64,000 bases of DNA, from positions 5,332,001 through 5,396,000 of the forward strand of contig NC_088797.1 of the NCBI RefSeq assembly GCF_011386835.1, given 5' to 3'. The notes under the pieces are model-generated. The model was not told the origin of the DNA, searched no databases, and saw only the letters and a program-made list of their open reading frames with translations. Of this stretch, positions 1 through 11,600 are shown in pieces; position 1 is the first letter of the stretch, and every line of letters starts with the position of its first letter. The DNA is from Chrysemys picta bellii (lineage: Eukaryota). Made by a program: the position numbers and the translations under genes.

Positions 1-264
1 AGTATCTTAAGTCAAAGAGCCTTGAAAAAATTGTAATTTACTGTCTCTCCCACCTCCCCACAAGGAAATGTGACAATTCTTAAGGCTTGCCATTTACAAA
101 AACAAAAATTGGAAAGCATGAAGATGGAGAGTTACCCAATCAGTCTGAACTCTGGCCCTGTATCCCTGACACCTTTTTATTTTCCCGATATAGTCACTAT
201 GAGAAGCACACTGATATTGCAGCTTGTTGTGTCTTTTAACTTAATGTTTTTTAGCATTTCGTAA

Positions 265-600
265 TTGCCATCCTGAATCAGCCCAGTAGTCCATCTAGTC
301 TGGTATTCCATCTCTAACGGCGTTCAGTGCCATATGCTTCTGAGGAAAGTGCAGGAATACTGTCATATATAATATACATATATAATAGTGGAATTACCTG
401 TCCATAAGGGAAGTTCCTTTCTAAAGCCCAACAATTAATGATTATCTTATGCCCTGAAGCATAGATTGTATAACATTTAATATAACTGTTATTCTAATTA
501 TTCATGTAAATATTTATCCTTCCTTGAATCCTAGAGAGCTTTTGGTCTCACTGATATCTTGTGACAATGAGTTCCACAGTTTAAGTGTATCTGATGTAAA
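265..600 (-). mobile_element. Old CR1-like 3' fragment (approximate)
   Basis: gccatcctgaatcagcccagtagtccatctagtctggtatt...gacaatgagttccacagttt resembles the copies at 36620 and 58960. Confidence 0.5.
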
Positions 601-605
601 CAATT

Positions 606-780
606 ATTATTATTTATTTGTATTGCCATAGCACCTTGGAGTCCTAGTCAAAAACCAGGACCTCATTGCGCTAGGTGCTGTACAAACACAGAACAAAAAG
701 ACAGTCCCTGCCCCCAAAGAGTTTATAATCTAAATATAAAATACGAGTCAACAGATAAATAGAGATGGATGGGAGTCTTC
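606..780. mobile_element. L2-like LINE terminal fragment; related copies near 5065-5130, 12085-12330 and 56860-56970
   Basis: ggacctcattgcgctaggtgctgtacaaacacagaacaaaaagacagtccctgccccaaagagtttataatctaa motif recurs four or more times in the window. Confidence 0.55.
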
Positions 781-2902
781 TCCCAAGAAGCAACAGTTTG
801 GGAGCCTGAAGCCCGAGAGGGTGTGCCTTTGCTGGGTCACCAAGGGGAAATTCAGGTGCAGTTGCTCTTTGCGGTGACAGTCCCCGTGCTCTTTGTTTTC
901 TGAGATTGTAAAAAGGTGGATCTGACTTACCTACTTTACACAATTAATTATTTATACATTTCTATCATATTTCCTCTGATTCATCTCCCCTCACAACTCA
1001 ACAGTCTGCGTTTTTCATTCTCCTTTCATAGGGAAATCTTTTCATTGCAATAATATCTTTGTCACCTGTCTGTCAGGAACTCGAGCAGCTGGGCCATTTT
1101 AAAATTCCATATACGTTGGTTCAGCTGCAAATTTTGAGACGTTTACAAATTCAACGTGATTTTCCTGGCTGGGTACACAGACCCTACCAGTCAGTGTATG
1201 CGGATTCAGATTTTGGTAACTATAGGTGACACAACCTACTGTAGATAGTAAAAGAGTAATCTGGTAAAATTCACAACTGTGTGTGAAAGGGCACAGAAAG
1301 CAAAATGGACGCAGGGTAGGTCTTTTAGTATGTGACGAGATATTCTTTCTTCAAGGAAAGATGAGTTTGGCGCATAGCCTGTAGTCATTTAGGTGGCACA
1401 AGTAGTGGGTAAGTGGTGTTTTCATTTGTTCAATGAATATGATGCACCAGTATTATACTACCGGTATGTAGTAAGATCATGTAACTCATGTCAGAGTTGA
1501 AGAGGAACACTGTACTGGTGTAATGTAACCATTTTTTTGTTGTTGCTGTTGTAGTTGCTGGGTGGAGGATGAGCAGAGATACCGAGTCAGAAATAAGGTT
1601 GTTCAGATTACCTTAGGTCTGTATTTCCATGCTTTCCAACACTTCATCTTTTGTAAAACCTTCAATAAGAATGTCTACAATGGCATTCTTTGATTTTTCT
1701 ATGGTTTTTTTGCTTGCTTGTTTGATTTGGAAACCCATAATATCCCGTTAAGGTCATTTGGCTTGAGCGCGGGTGTGAGAATTCCCCAGTAACTTCCCAA
1801 ACCTTTTTCTTTGTTATGACCCCAGTGGTACTTTAATGTACATTGCTGGTTAGGTGGAGGTTGTCTTTGTTTGCCAGTGTTTTTATATATTATCACTGTG
1901 TTCTAAACTGAGCTATGATTGGTAAAAATCACACCAGTGAATTTTCGTATAGGCAAAAGCATAGGTTATACAGTGCCTGATATTGTAATCAAACCATGCG
2001 GATATTGTAATATCCTCAACAGGCAACACAGAGATTTGTGTTCATATACTCTACTATGGGATGTTGTAATCTCTGCAATCTGAGACCACGCAGATGCTCT
2101 TTCCATAATAACCTGGGGCTTGACAGATTTACAAGACATCTATTAACCTCAAACTCCAGAGGTAATTTCCTGGTGAGAAATCCATCCCATCCAGCTCTTG
2201 TTGAGCTGCTGGGTTTGTGTTGGGATTCCTTCCTGGATGTTATCCCTGAATTATGCTCAGTGGCTCCATCTTTTGCATCAGTCTCTTTCTAGTAGGGATA
2301 TGGTAAATTTGAAGGCCCTATGCCACCAGACTGCCCCGTCTGTCGCTCCATTTTGTGTTAGTGATTCTGCCCTATGAATAATTCAAGACCTTGCCTCTGC
2401 CACCCTGACTTTTCCACATGGTTCTTGACATATGCGACCCATAAGGTTCTGAATAGCTGAAAAGCACCTTATCAGAGTGTTGCTCATTTCATTCTTTTAC
2501 TTCTCAGGAGAGCTGTAAAAAAAGCCAGAAGATGTCTTTCTGCAGACTTGGGGAAACAGCACTGCCATCAGTTCTTATTTTGAAAGTTATTTTTAACTCT
2601 GAGGGCTTTGAAAAAAAAAAAAAGTAAAAAGAGATCTTAAATTCTGTAAAAATGTATTACTGAGCTTCCCTCGCATCGTATTTATCTGGGATTTAAACAG
2701 ATTAGTCATCTATATGGAAAAATTTAAAACTAGCATTAGGAATGCATAGAGTCTGAGAGAAAGGGAAAGATAGGAGGGGTAGCAAGTAAGGGTTCCTCAG
2801 TTTAACAGATCTTTCATGTATTTACCAAAAATAGTAGAAATGAGCAGATTAAGATGACTTTTTGTTCCTATGTTGAATTTAATGTATAGCCAGAATATAT
2901 AT

Positions 2903-2943
2903 ACATCCGAAGAAGTGAGGTTTTTACTCACGAAAGCTTATGC
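2903..2943 (+). ncRNA. Minimal type I hammerhead-like motif in a PLE fragment (U4C core, weakened stem I)
   Basis: ACAT CCGAAGA A GTGAG gttttta CTCAC GAAA GCT T ATGC. Confidence 0.55.
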
Positions 2944-2994
2944 CCAAATAAATCTGTTAGTCTTTAAGGTGCCACCAGACTCCTTGTTGTTTTG
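2903..2994 (+). mobile_element. Penelope-like element terminal fragment
   Basis: gaaagcttatgcccaaataaatctgttagtctttaaggtgccacc is shared, as reverse complement, with the GIY-YIG-bearing element at 25979-26625. Confidence 0.75.
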
Positions 2995-3574
2995 GCTATA
3001 TACATGTGTAGCATAACAAACAAGTGGTAAATAAATAATAGAGATTCTAACCTGAAGGTATTGATCACGTTTTGTTTTGCTATGAAGCTTATTCAGAATG
3101 CAACAAGTCACATACACTGACAGCCATGTATCTATAAGTATCATTCCCATTTTGAAATCCTATCACACTGATTTCACTGTTTGTTTGTTTTTAATCTTTT
3201 TCTTGCTTTTAATACTGATAACTATGGGCCAGCATACTTAACCAGACTTTCTTCGTATGTTCCCAGTTGTTCAGTATGATCAGAAACTGCTGGTTATTTT
3301 GTTTGTCACAAGATTACAATCGGGTCAACAGGCATATGAAGAGCTGTTATAATTCTGTGCCTCAGGGAATTCACTTCATGTTACCCCAGAGTCCCTACTT
3401 TGTGTCTGGATTTAAAATCCGTCGGAAAAAGCGAGTTTACTTAAGCAATTAATAGTGAAGTTCTTTGGAGTAGGCTCTGTTTTTTCACTGAGTATGTGTG
3501 TGCAGTGCACAAAGGGGGCCTGATCCCTGATTGGGGCCTCTGGGTGCTGTTGCAATAGCAATGAATAGGCAGCA

Positions 3575-3760
3575 AAATCGGAGGAGATGAGCGCAGAGTT
3601 GAGAACCAAGAGATTCTGAGTTGTATGTTCTCCTTGCTCTGCCACTGACTTGCTGTGTGTCCTTAGGCAAGTCGCATCCGCGCCTCTTGACATATGCAAA
3701 TTGGAAGAATGATGCTCACTGAGCTCACAGGGGTGTTATGAAGTTACGGTTGGCACCGTT
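3575..3760 (+). mobile_element. CORE-SINE (MIR-like)
   Basis: ctctgccactgacttgctgtgtgtccttaggcaagtc matches the CORE region. Confidence 0.6.
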
Positions 3761-5157
3761 TTTTTAATATATAAATGCTGGATATTATTAAGTATTATTC
3801 TTTTTACTATAGCGAGACCTCTGGAATTACCAGCTGCATTTAAAGCTGCAAAACAATTTGCTTGATAGCTCTCTATTTTCAGATGCTCTTAACTTTTCTA
3901 AACATTCTCTTGTTCTCTTCCTGAAGGTGATTATTTTATGGGCAGTTTTGAGGAAAAATAATTTCAGTAATATTTTTGAGTTTGATGACCGTGGGAGGGA
4001 AGAAAAAAATATACTCTTCCCTTTCAGTTTATACGGTGCCTAGCACAATGAGGCCCTAAAGCAGTAAAAAAAAAATTTTTTTTTTGAAAAGTTTAAAACA
4101 AGGATGCATAAGAACAACTGAAGTTTAAAATGTAAGACCGTTATATATAGTTCTCAGTGAGGAGTAATTTCTCATGTGGTGGTGGGGGGGGGGGGGAGAA
4201 TTCAATGTATTAGGGTCTGAAAAATCTCTTCTGATATGCTCAGTCAATATTTGCTAAAATAAGACTTCATCAGAGTCTAATGAAGTCTCACCTCTTTTTT
4301 GATATTGCTGCATATTCTCCCGGTCTGGCTTGGCCGTAGGGCTCAGTCAGAAGAGGCTGTCGGGAGGCAGAGTAGCCTGAGAGACATTGTGGCTGCCTCA
4401 CAGACATGGACCCAGCAGAATCTTCCAGAAAGTTGCTTTTAACATCCCAGGAGCAAATCTGAAGAACTGTGAATCCTCATTCCTGAGGGATGAGGTGGGT
4501 GGGGCCTTTGTAGTTGTAACAGTATTATGCAAATTTGGAGCTTTAAATTTAAAAAAATAAGCCCATCTTTTTCTCCGAGGAAGATACAACCATCTCAATA
4601 AAAATGGCTAGAAAACTGTCTCTAGCCGAACAAGAGCATTACCTGTGTGAACTCACTCCTCTGCCTCTCCACTCATCTTAAGGTGCAGTTTTAAGTCATG
4701 TTAGCTAACACATTTTGAAGTACTAGTGTGGACAGGGCAAGCTATATTTTAACATCTATTAACTGTGGAGGGGAACCCGAGGGTTTTAAAACGTGTTAAC
4801 TAACAAAAGACACACCTTTTATTGTACACTAGACATACTCTTAATGAAGTATCACCATCAGATCCTACTCAGCATTTTAAATGACGGCATTGTGAATCAC
4901 AGGCGAAGCAGAGTACACACTATGTTGTAAGCATACTTATTTATTTATTTTAAATCAGGAAATGCAGGGATTAAGATTGCAGAAGCAATGTTAACTTGGC
5001 CACATTGCACATAAGGAATGTTTTCTATTACTGTTTTCCTAGTTAAATAGTTTATGCGTATTATTTATTTATAGTACCTAGGGACCCCCAGCCAAGATCT
5101 GGGGCCCCGTTGTGCTAGGAGTATACAATCAGACATAAAATGCCATAATACCTACAG

Positions 5158-5696
5158 CAGTGGTTCTCAACCTTTCCAGACTACTGTATCCCTTTCAGGA
5201 GTCTGATTTGTCTTGTGTACCCTGAGTTTCAACTAGCTTAAGAACTACTTGTTTACAAAATCCGACATAAAAATACAAAAGTGTCACATATCAAAGGGAT
5301 AGCCGTGTCAGTCTGGATCTGTAAGAGCAGCAAAGAGTCCTGTGGCACCTTATAGACTCACAGACGTATAGGAGCATGAGCTGTCGTGGGTGAATACCCA
5401 CTTCTTCGGATGCAAGCTCACTGTTACTGAAAAATTGCTGACTTTTCATATTTACCATACAATTATAAAATAAATCAATTGGAATGTAAATATTGAGCCT
5501 ACATTTCAGTGTATAGTATATAAAGCAGTATAAGCAAGTCATTGTCTGTATGAAATTTTAGTTTATACAGACCTTTCTAGTGCTTTTAATATAGCCTGTT
5601 ATAAAACTAGGCAAATATCTAGATGAGTTGATGTACCCCCCTGGAAGACCGCTGCCTATCCCCAGGGGTACATGTACCACTGGTTGAGAACCACTG
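5158..5696. mobile_element. Non-autonomous hAT element with a nested PLE fragment (~5290-5417)
   Basis: Perfect 15-bp TIRs CAGTGGTTCTCAACC / GGTTGAGAACCACTG; 8-bp TSD ACCTACAG at 5150-5157 and 5697-5704. Confidence 0.9.
5374..5413 (-). ncRNA. Degenerate hammerhead-like motif (GAAA mutated to GACA)
   Basis: Minus strand: GCAT CCGAAGA A GTGGG tattca CCCAC GACA GCT C ATGC. Confidence 0.45.
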
Positions 5697-8600
5697 ACCT
5701 ACAGGATGTGTTATGCAGTTGAGTTGCATTTCTTGTCACACTTCAAAGTTAGCTATATACTACCTTAACTAACCCACCTCAAAACTGGTTTTGTAGTGTA
5801 ACTCTTGTGTGAAGGATGTGACATAACTATATTGTTATTTGTTACCTACCCTTTGATATTTTGCTCAACAGTAGTTATTGCATTAATATCCTCTGCTGGC
5901 CACTTGTATTATCGTTGTTACAAAAATGTAACAAGAATTCTCAGTAAAAGTTTCTAGTGAACACGCATTACAGCCAGACTGGCTTGATAGATTGGAACAT
6001 CATTTAATGAGCCTTGGTAATCTAGCAGATCAATAACCTGTGCTCTCTGAAGGATTTGTCCTTCTAAATCTCTTGTTTGGGGAAATATAATTTGTTTAAA
6101 CACAGTCTGTTCAATAAATAACATACTTTAAAACACAACACAATAGAAAATGAACTGACCCAGTCCTGATTTACCAGGCAAACAAAACTGATCTGATGAT
6201 TAAAGGAACATCAATTGAAGATTAAGGCAGAATCCTTGTATCTAGGCCCCATGATTAGAACACGATAATGAAGCAGCAGTGAGTGAGTGAGTGAGCGGCA
6301 GACCAATGTAGCTCATAGGTGATTGCTGTCAGCCAGCCAGCCAGCCAGCCCCGTGTTGCTAGTGCAGCCCCAGAGGAGGAGGAGGAGTTTCCCGGTGTAC
6401 TGTGTCTATGGGTATTTGTTTTGAGGTTTTTCAATACTATTTTTAATCAGTGTCCTTTTTCTAACTGGATCAGCTTTATGCACCTCTCTGACAATGGAAG
6501 GAAGGAAACCGATAAAATATTGTTTTTATGTTCCATTTGACACACGCATGAAATGCAAATATGAAATTAAGTCTGAATCTTCAACTTCAATGTTCTGTTG
6601 TTCCTAGTTATTTCTGTAGCTATAGTACTGCCTGATGCATAGAATTCCACAGTGATCTAAATACTTTGTAGGAAGAAGCATCAGTTTTAACTTTAAATTT
6701 CCTTATTCATATGGATTTGTGTGAAAACTAGTTATTTCAGTGTTTTGTCTAAATAGTATAATACTGTATGGGACAGTCTGAACACTTTAACAATAAAACA
6801 ACACAATTGAAGAGTAGCAAAAATATGAAAATCATATGCTTTGAGACTTCCGCTTAGTGGAAAACGTTAAGTGTTCTAGTTAGCACTTTTATTATCTTTG
6901 TTTTGTAGGAGAAATTAGAAGTGTGAAACAGCAAACAAAATGAATTTTAAACATAGAACCATTCTTGACTCTTTGTAGCAAAAACATATGTATGTTGAAG
7001 TACTTCCACTGTCTGAACTAAATTCTTACATGTAAGTAAGTGAAACAGCTCTAGCCTTGTGAATGAAAATTAAGGTTACAGCATTTCTCATAGAAGTAGA
7101 TTTCTGTGTTCAGCTGAGTGGGTTTGCTTCATTTTTAATGAGTGGTCTATTAGCACTGGCACAGGTCAGTTTGATTCATTGCCCAACACTTACATAAGGA
7201 GTCAGTACAAAAATTTGAGTTTACAAAACTTTCGATGTGTCATTTTATATTCTGTTGCCCATGCCTATTAATCGACATACAGCAATAATGAAAACCACCA
7301 AAAGTGTCTGAAAAGATTTGGTTATTCAATCAAGTATATTATTGAACAGAACATTCGGAAAACTGTAAAGGCTGCTGCTCTGATACCTGCTGTGTTAAAC
7401 ATACAGCAATGAGAGTGCTGATGTATATAAAACAATCTCTTCAACTTTATACAAGAGATACCTTCTGATGTGGTGTGAGTCTTAAGGGGAAGTAAGGTTC
7501 AAAATCACACTTTTGTCTGAAAACTGTTTACCCACTAGTGGTACAACAGCCTAGTACTAACGGAAAGGGGTAATCAGCTGCTTCCCCCACCTCCGGTGTA
7601 CTTTATGCATTTGACAGCACTTTGTGTATAGTTCATTTAAGGGTTTTCCCTGTGTAGTCAGTTGGTTCCCTTTTTCTGCATGCGAGGCTTTCACACAGCA
7701 AAAGGGAATAAAACAGAAATGTTTTTACAAAACCACAAACGTTGGCAGTAGAACTAAGGGGCAAGTGAAGTGCTAGAAATCGCTTAACTTTTTTTAAAAT
7801 TTGAATGTATTTCAAGTGAATATGTTCCTTTCTATTGCAATATTCTGTATTGCTTAGGCAGTAATCATTTCACACACAAATGTCTTGCTCTATCATGAGT
7901 CCATTGGTACTCAGGAACATATCTTTCAGTATGGTTATTGTAGTAATAGAAATTGCAAAAATGTACGCCCTTTTCCGGGGGGTTTCTAACTCTCTGGATC
8001 TATGTAATTTTTTTAATCACTGTATGGAAAATGAGCCACATGCAAATTATTGGTCAAGATTTATTTTTAGGGGTTTGTCAAGGTTTCATTAAAAATGTGC
8101 TTGAATATTTATTTAAGGCTCCTGCGAAGTCTTGAGCTTGGATGGGGAGGTGAGAGTGATCAGCACCTCATAGGATTGAGCCCTTGGAGAGTCCAAAAAA
8201 TATGGAATGGTTTCGTTTTTACTTTTCTGTGTGGCAGCAGGTTTGTTGTGTGTCTAGCACATGTCGTAAAAGGGTAACACAATACTTCTAAGTTGTTTGT
8301 CCACAATCTAGATGACATCTTTTGATTTTTTTTAAAAAAAGATTTTTGATACTGGAACTAAGTTATTAGCTTGAAAAATCACTGCTGTCCCATTTGAAAT
8401 GTCCTTTTGAGCTGTCATATAAAAGACACATCAGATATTATTAAAGCATAGGTTTTTTGATTTGGGGAGAATGATATGAAGTGAAGGAAACAAGGATGTT
8501 ATAGAAACTGTAAAACACCTGAACATAATTATTTTAAAATATTTTTAGACTGAGTAATAGATCATGACAAATGGGAACTGTAATATATTGGCAGATGATT

Positions 8601-11600
8601 AAGCAGTGTCCAGCAATGTCATATATTTAGCATAGTATGCCAAATCTTCTCGATTGTTCAGTAAGTTTGTATGGTAATTATTCCGTTAAAGGACACTGTC
8701 AAACTGATACTAAATACGTCTCAACCATAGCCGTACTTTAAAATGAAGGTCGAGTTTGGAGAAGAGTATTAACTTTCTCACATAAGGAAGAGCTGCTGTA
8801 TTCCTTAAACTAGTTTTTACATGACACAGCTTAAACAAATAGCACTTGAAAATGTGAATTTAACACCAAGATTAAGACATACTATCATTAAATGTGCGGG
8901 CAGAATAATGTGATTGAACAGTGCAGCTGTTGGTTCCCATTCATATCTTCCCAAACTACCGGTAGTAATAGTATCCCCACCTCTGGTAAATCATTCAACA
9001 GCAAACAGGGACGAGCAGATTACCCAAAATTAGAGATCAAAGGCTTGGAAATAGCTGAGGGGAAAAGGCCTCATTTTATTTTATTGATAATGTACCACCA
9101 TAAAAGAAATTGAGTCCACATATCCTAGTATTCCAGCATTACGCTATTAGTTACTTTTACTGTTTTAATATTTTATAGCACATTTCATGGACACACTATA
9201 GTGTAAGAGGTTCTCATTTAATGTTTGATGGGCATTTTCCTGACTCATATACCCAAACCAGAACAGATGCAGCATCTGCAACAGGAGGAGAAGAAAGCCT
9301 AAAACAAGCTTGGTTGGTTGGTTGGTTTTTTCATGTTGTGAATATATATTAATATACCAAAACTGTTCAAGTAAGGCTCTTTGAGATGGAGATCAGAACA
9401 AAATACTATATGTAATCTCCACAGTCTGTAATTTTTCCACAACTCCGCAATGCAATGCAGTGCAATGCAATACATTCAGTGTTGCTAAATTAGGTAAACA
9501 CTTCGTACATACAAACTTTTACAGTTATCCTTCTGAAAATATTTTGTTGTGTTCTGCATTATTTCTCACACATCTTTTAATGTATTACAATACGTAGAAA
9601 AAATAAATCATCCTGACTAACATACTGGTGCTCAGGTTTTAATTTAAACATGACTTAAAATTCAAAACCTATTTTATAAATTCACTGACCCCTTTTGCAC
9701 CTCACTTCTGCCCGCAAATGCCCCACATTCCAGTGACGGTTGTGCATCTGTGACAAACTGCATCTGTCTCCTGATTGTCAGTACCAGTCTCAGTATTGGC
9801 CATAGAAATTAGAGACGACCTTGCCAAGGCAGGATTGTTCCCCTACTGTATATTTTCTGGAGTTTAGTTATAAGTAGAGCTTGTACCACTTCCTTTGGGA
9901 GATAGTTTCCCAGCCTAACAGACCTTTCATCTCCAGATCTTTTCCTGATATTTCACCTAAATTTGCCTTTAATTTCATCTCATTACTCCTACTTGTGTCC
10001 TTAATTCCTTTCCAGCATTGGTGTTAGTTTGTAGACTGTTGTCATGTCTCTTCCTATCTCCTTCTTATAGTTTAACCAAGTAATGCATAATTTGTTCTTC
10101 TAATCGTTCCTCGTAAGTAGAGCATTTTGACTGTGTTAATGCTCCTTTTTGGTTCTTTTGAGAAAATGAGTTTGCTGACAGGAATATAAACCGAAATAGC
10201 TAATTTTAAGAATATATTGGAGAATATTAACAACACATTTTTGAATTAATAAATGAGTATTCTCACTGGAAGTTTGATTCTGAATTACACTCTTCCAGTC
10301 CCAGGACAGAAGTGTGTGCTAAGTCTAACTAAAACTACTCAAAAGAGCTAAAACGAGTACTGAATATTCTTGGTGAACCGCATGGATACAATCTACAGAT
10401 TGGAAATAATTAGCCAACGTTATTTGGTGAATAGTATTGGAAAGATTGAAGAAATTCATAAGCTGTTTCTGTATTATATGTGAACCAGGGGAAACCAGGG
10501 GAAAAAGCAAAAGTAAAACGTGCAATAAACACGCTTGCTCCTTCATCATTTTTTGTTTGTGTTATCTGAACTCATTCCTTTTTTCACAGTATTGCCTTCT
10601 CTAAGTGTTCAAAACCTGAGATTGGCTTAATAATCAAAATGAAAATATACAGGTCTTTTTATTTGTTTTCTGATGTTTAATCCTTTAGGATTAAAGTTTT
10701 CAAGCTCTGCTCAAGGATTTTGAGGACTGGGGGGGAAAAAGATGCTCGTGACTGCAGATGCTAAGTCTTTAAGAATATCACCAGACACAAGAAAATCGTG
10801 AGAGTTGGCAGCATTAGGTCAATTTCTTCCTGATGCTGAACAACCCAAACGCAAATACAATATTCCAGATATAACTAAACCAAAACTTTATATCTCTCAT
10901 ACAGTTTATATTGCCACCCATCGCTATAGTGAGTATCTGAGCACCAATTATTTGATTGTCGGTTGATTTATTTCAGATTTTGTTTCTACATTCACTGGTT
11001 GGTTTGGGGTTCCTTGGGTCGAAGGGGATGTGAGTATTGTAGTGGTCTCATTCTTATGATGGATAAGTCCCATAAAGCGGGACTGTTATCTCTCTGTCCC
11101 ATGATGTTGATGTGTTGGCATATCGTTTTGGTCATGCTCTGTTGAAAAAGATGTTGCAAAAATAGAAGGAGTTCAGAGGTGTGAGAGTACCCACTAGCTC
11201 TCAAAGTCAGCAGGAACTACGAAGTGCTTAGGACTTTTGAAAATCAGGCTGCTTATTTTGGTACCTACATTTGGGGTTTAGCCCCTAACTTTAAATGTAT
11301 TAATTTTTTGCCAGAGAGTCCTATTCATTTTGCCTGTTGCCAAGTCTTTCAGCGTACAACCTACATTAAATACAAGCCACAGCTAGCATTACCAGCTCAC
11401 AACAACTCCTTGCAACAAACACCACAAGCGGAATGCCTCTGTTCTGTCTCAACCCACCATAAGAAAAACATTTCAAATGACGACCCATAATTACACAAAA
11501 GCTTGATCCTGTGGTCCACAGTGACACTGCTATCAAGTGGGTCCTACTACCCCACGAATAACTTCACTGCTTTCTATTGCTGCTGTTCACAGAGTTCTGA

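Noticed and set aside
2450-2480. AAAGCACCTTA, resembling the recalled end of the human internal first exon
   Set aside because: No GT donor follows and there is no upstream ORF similarity.
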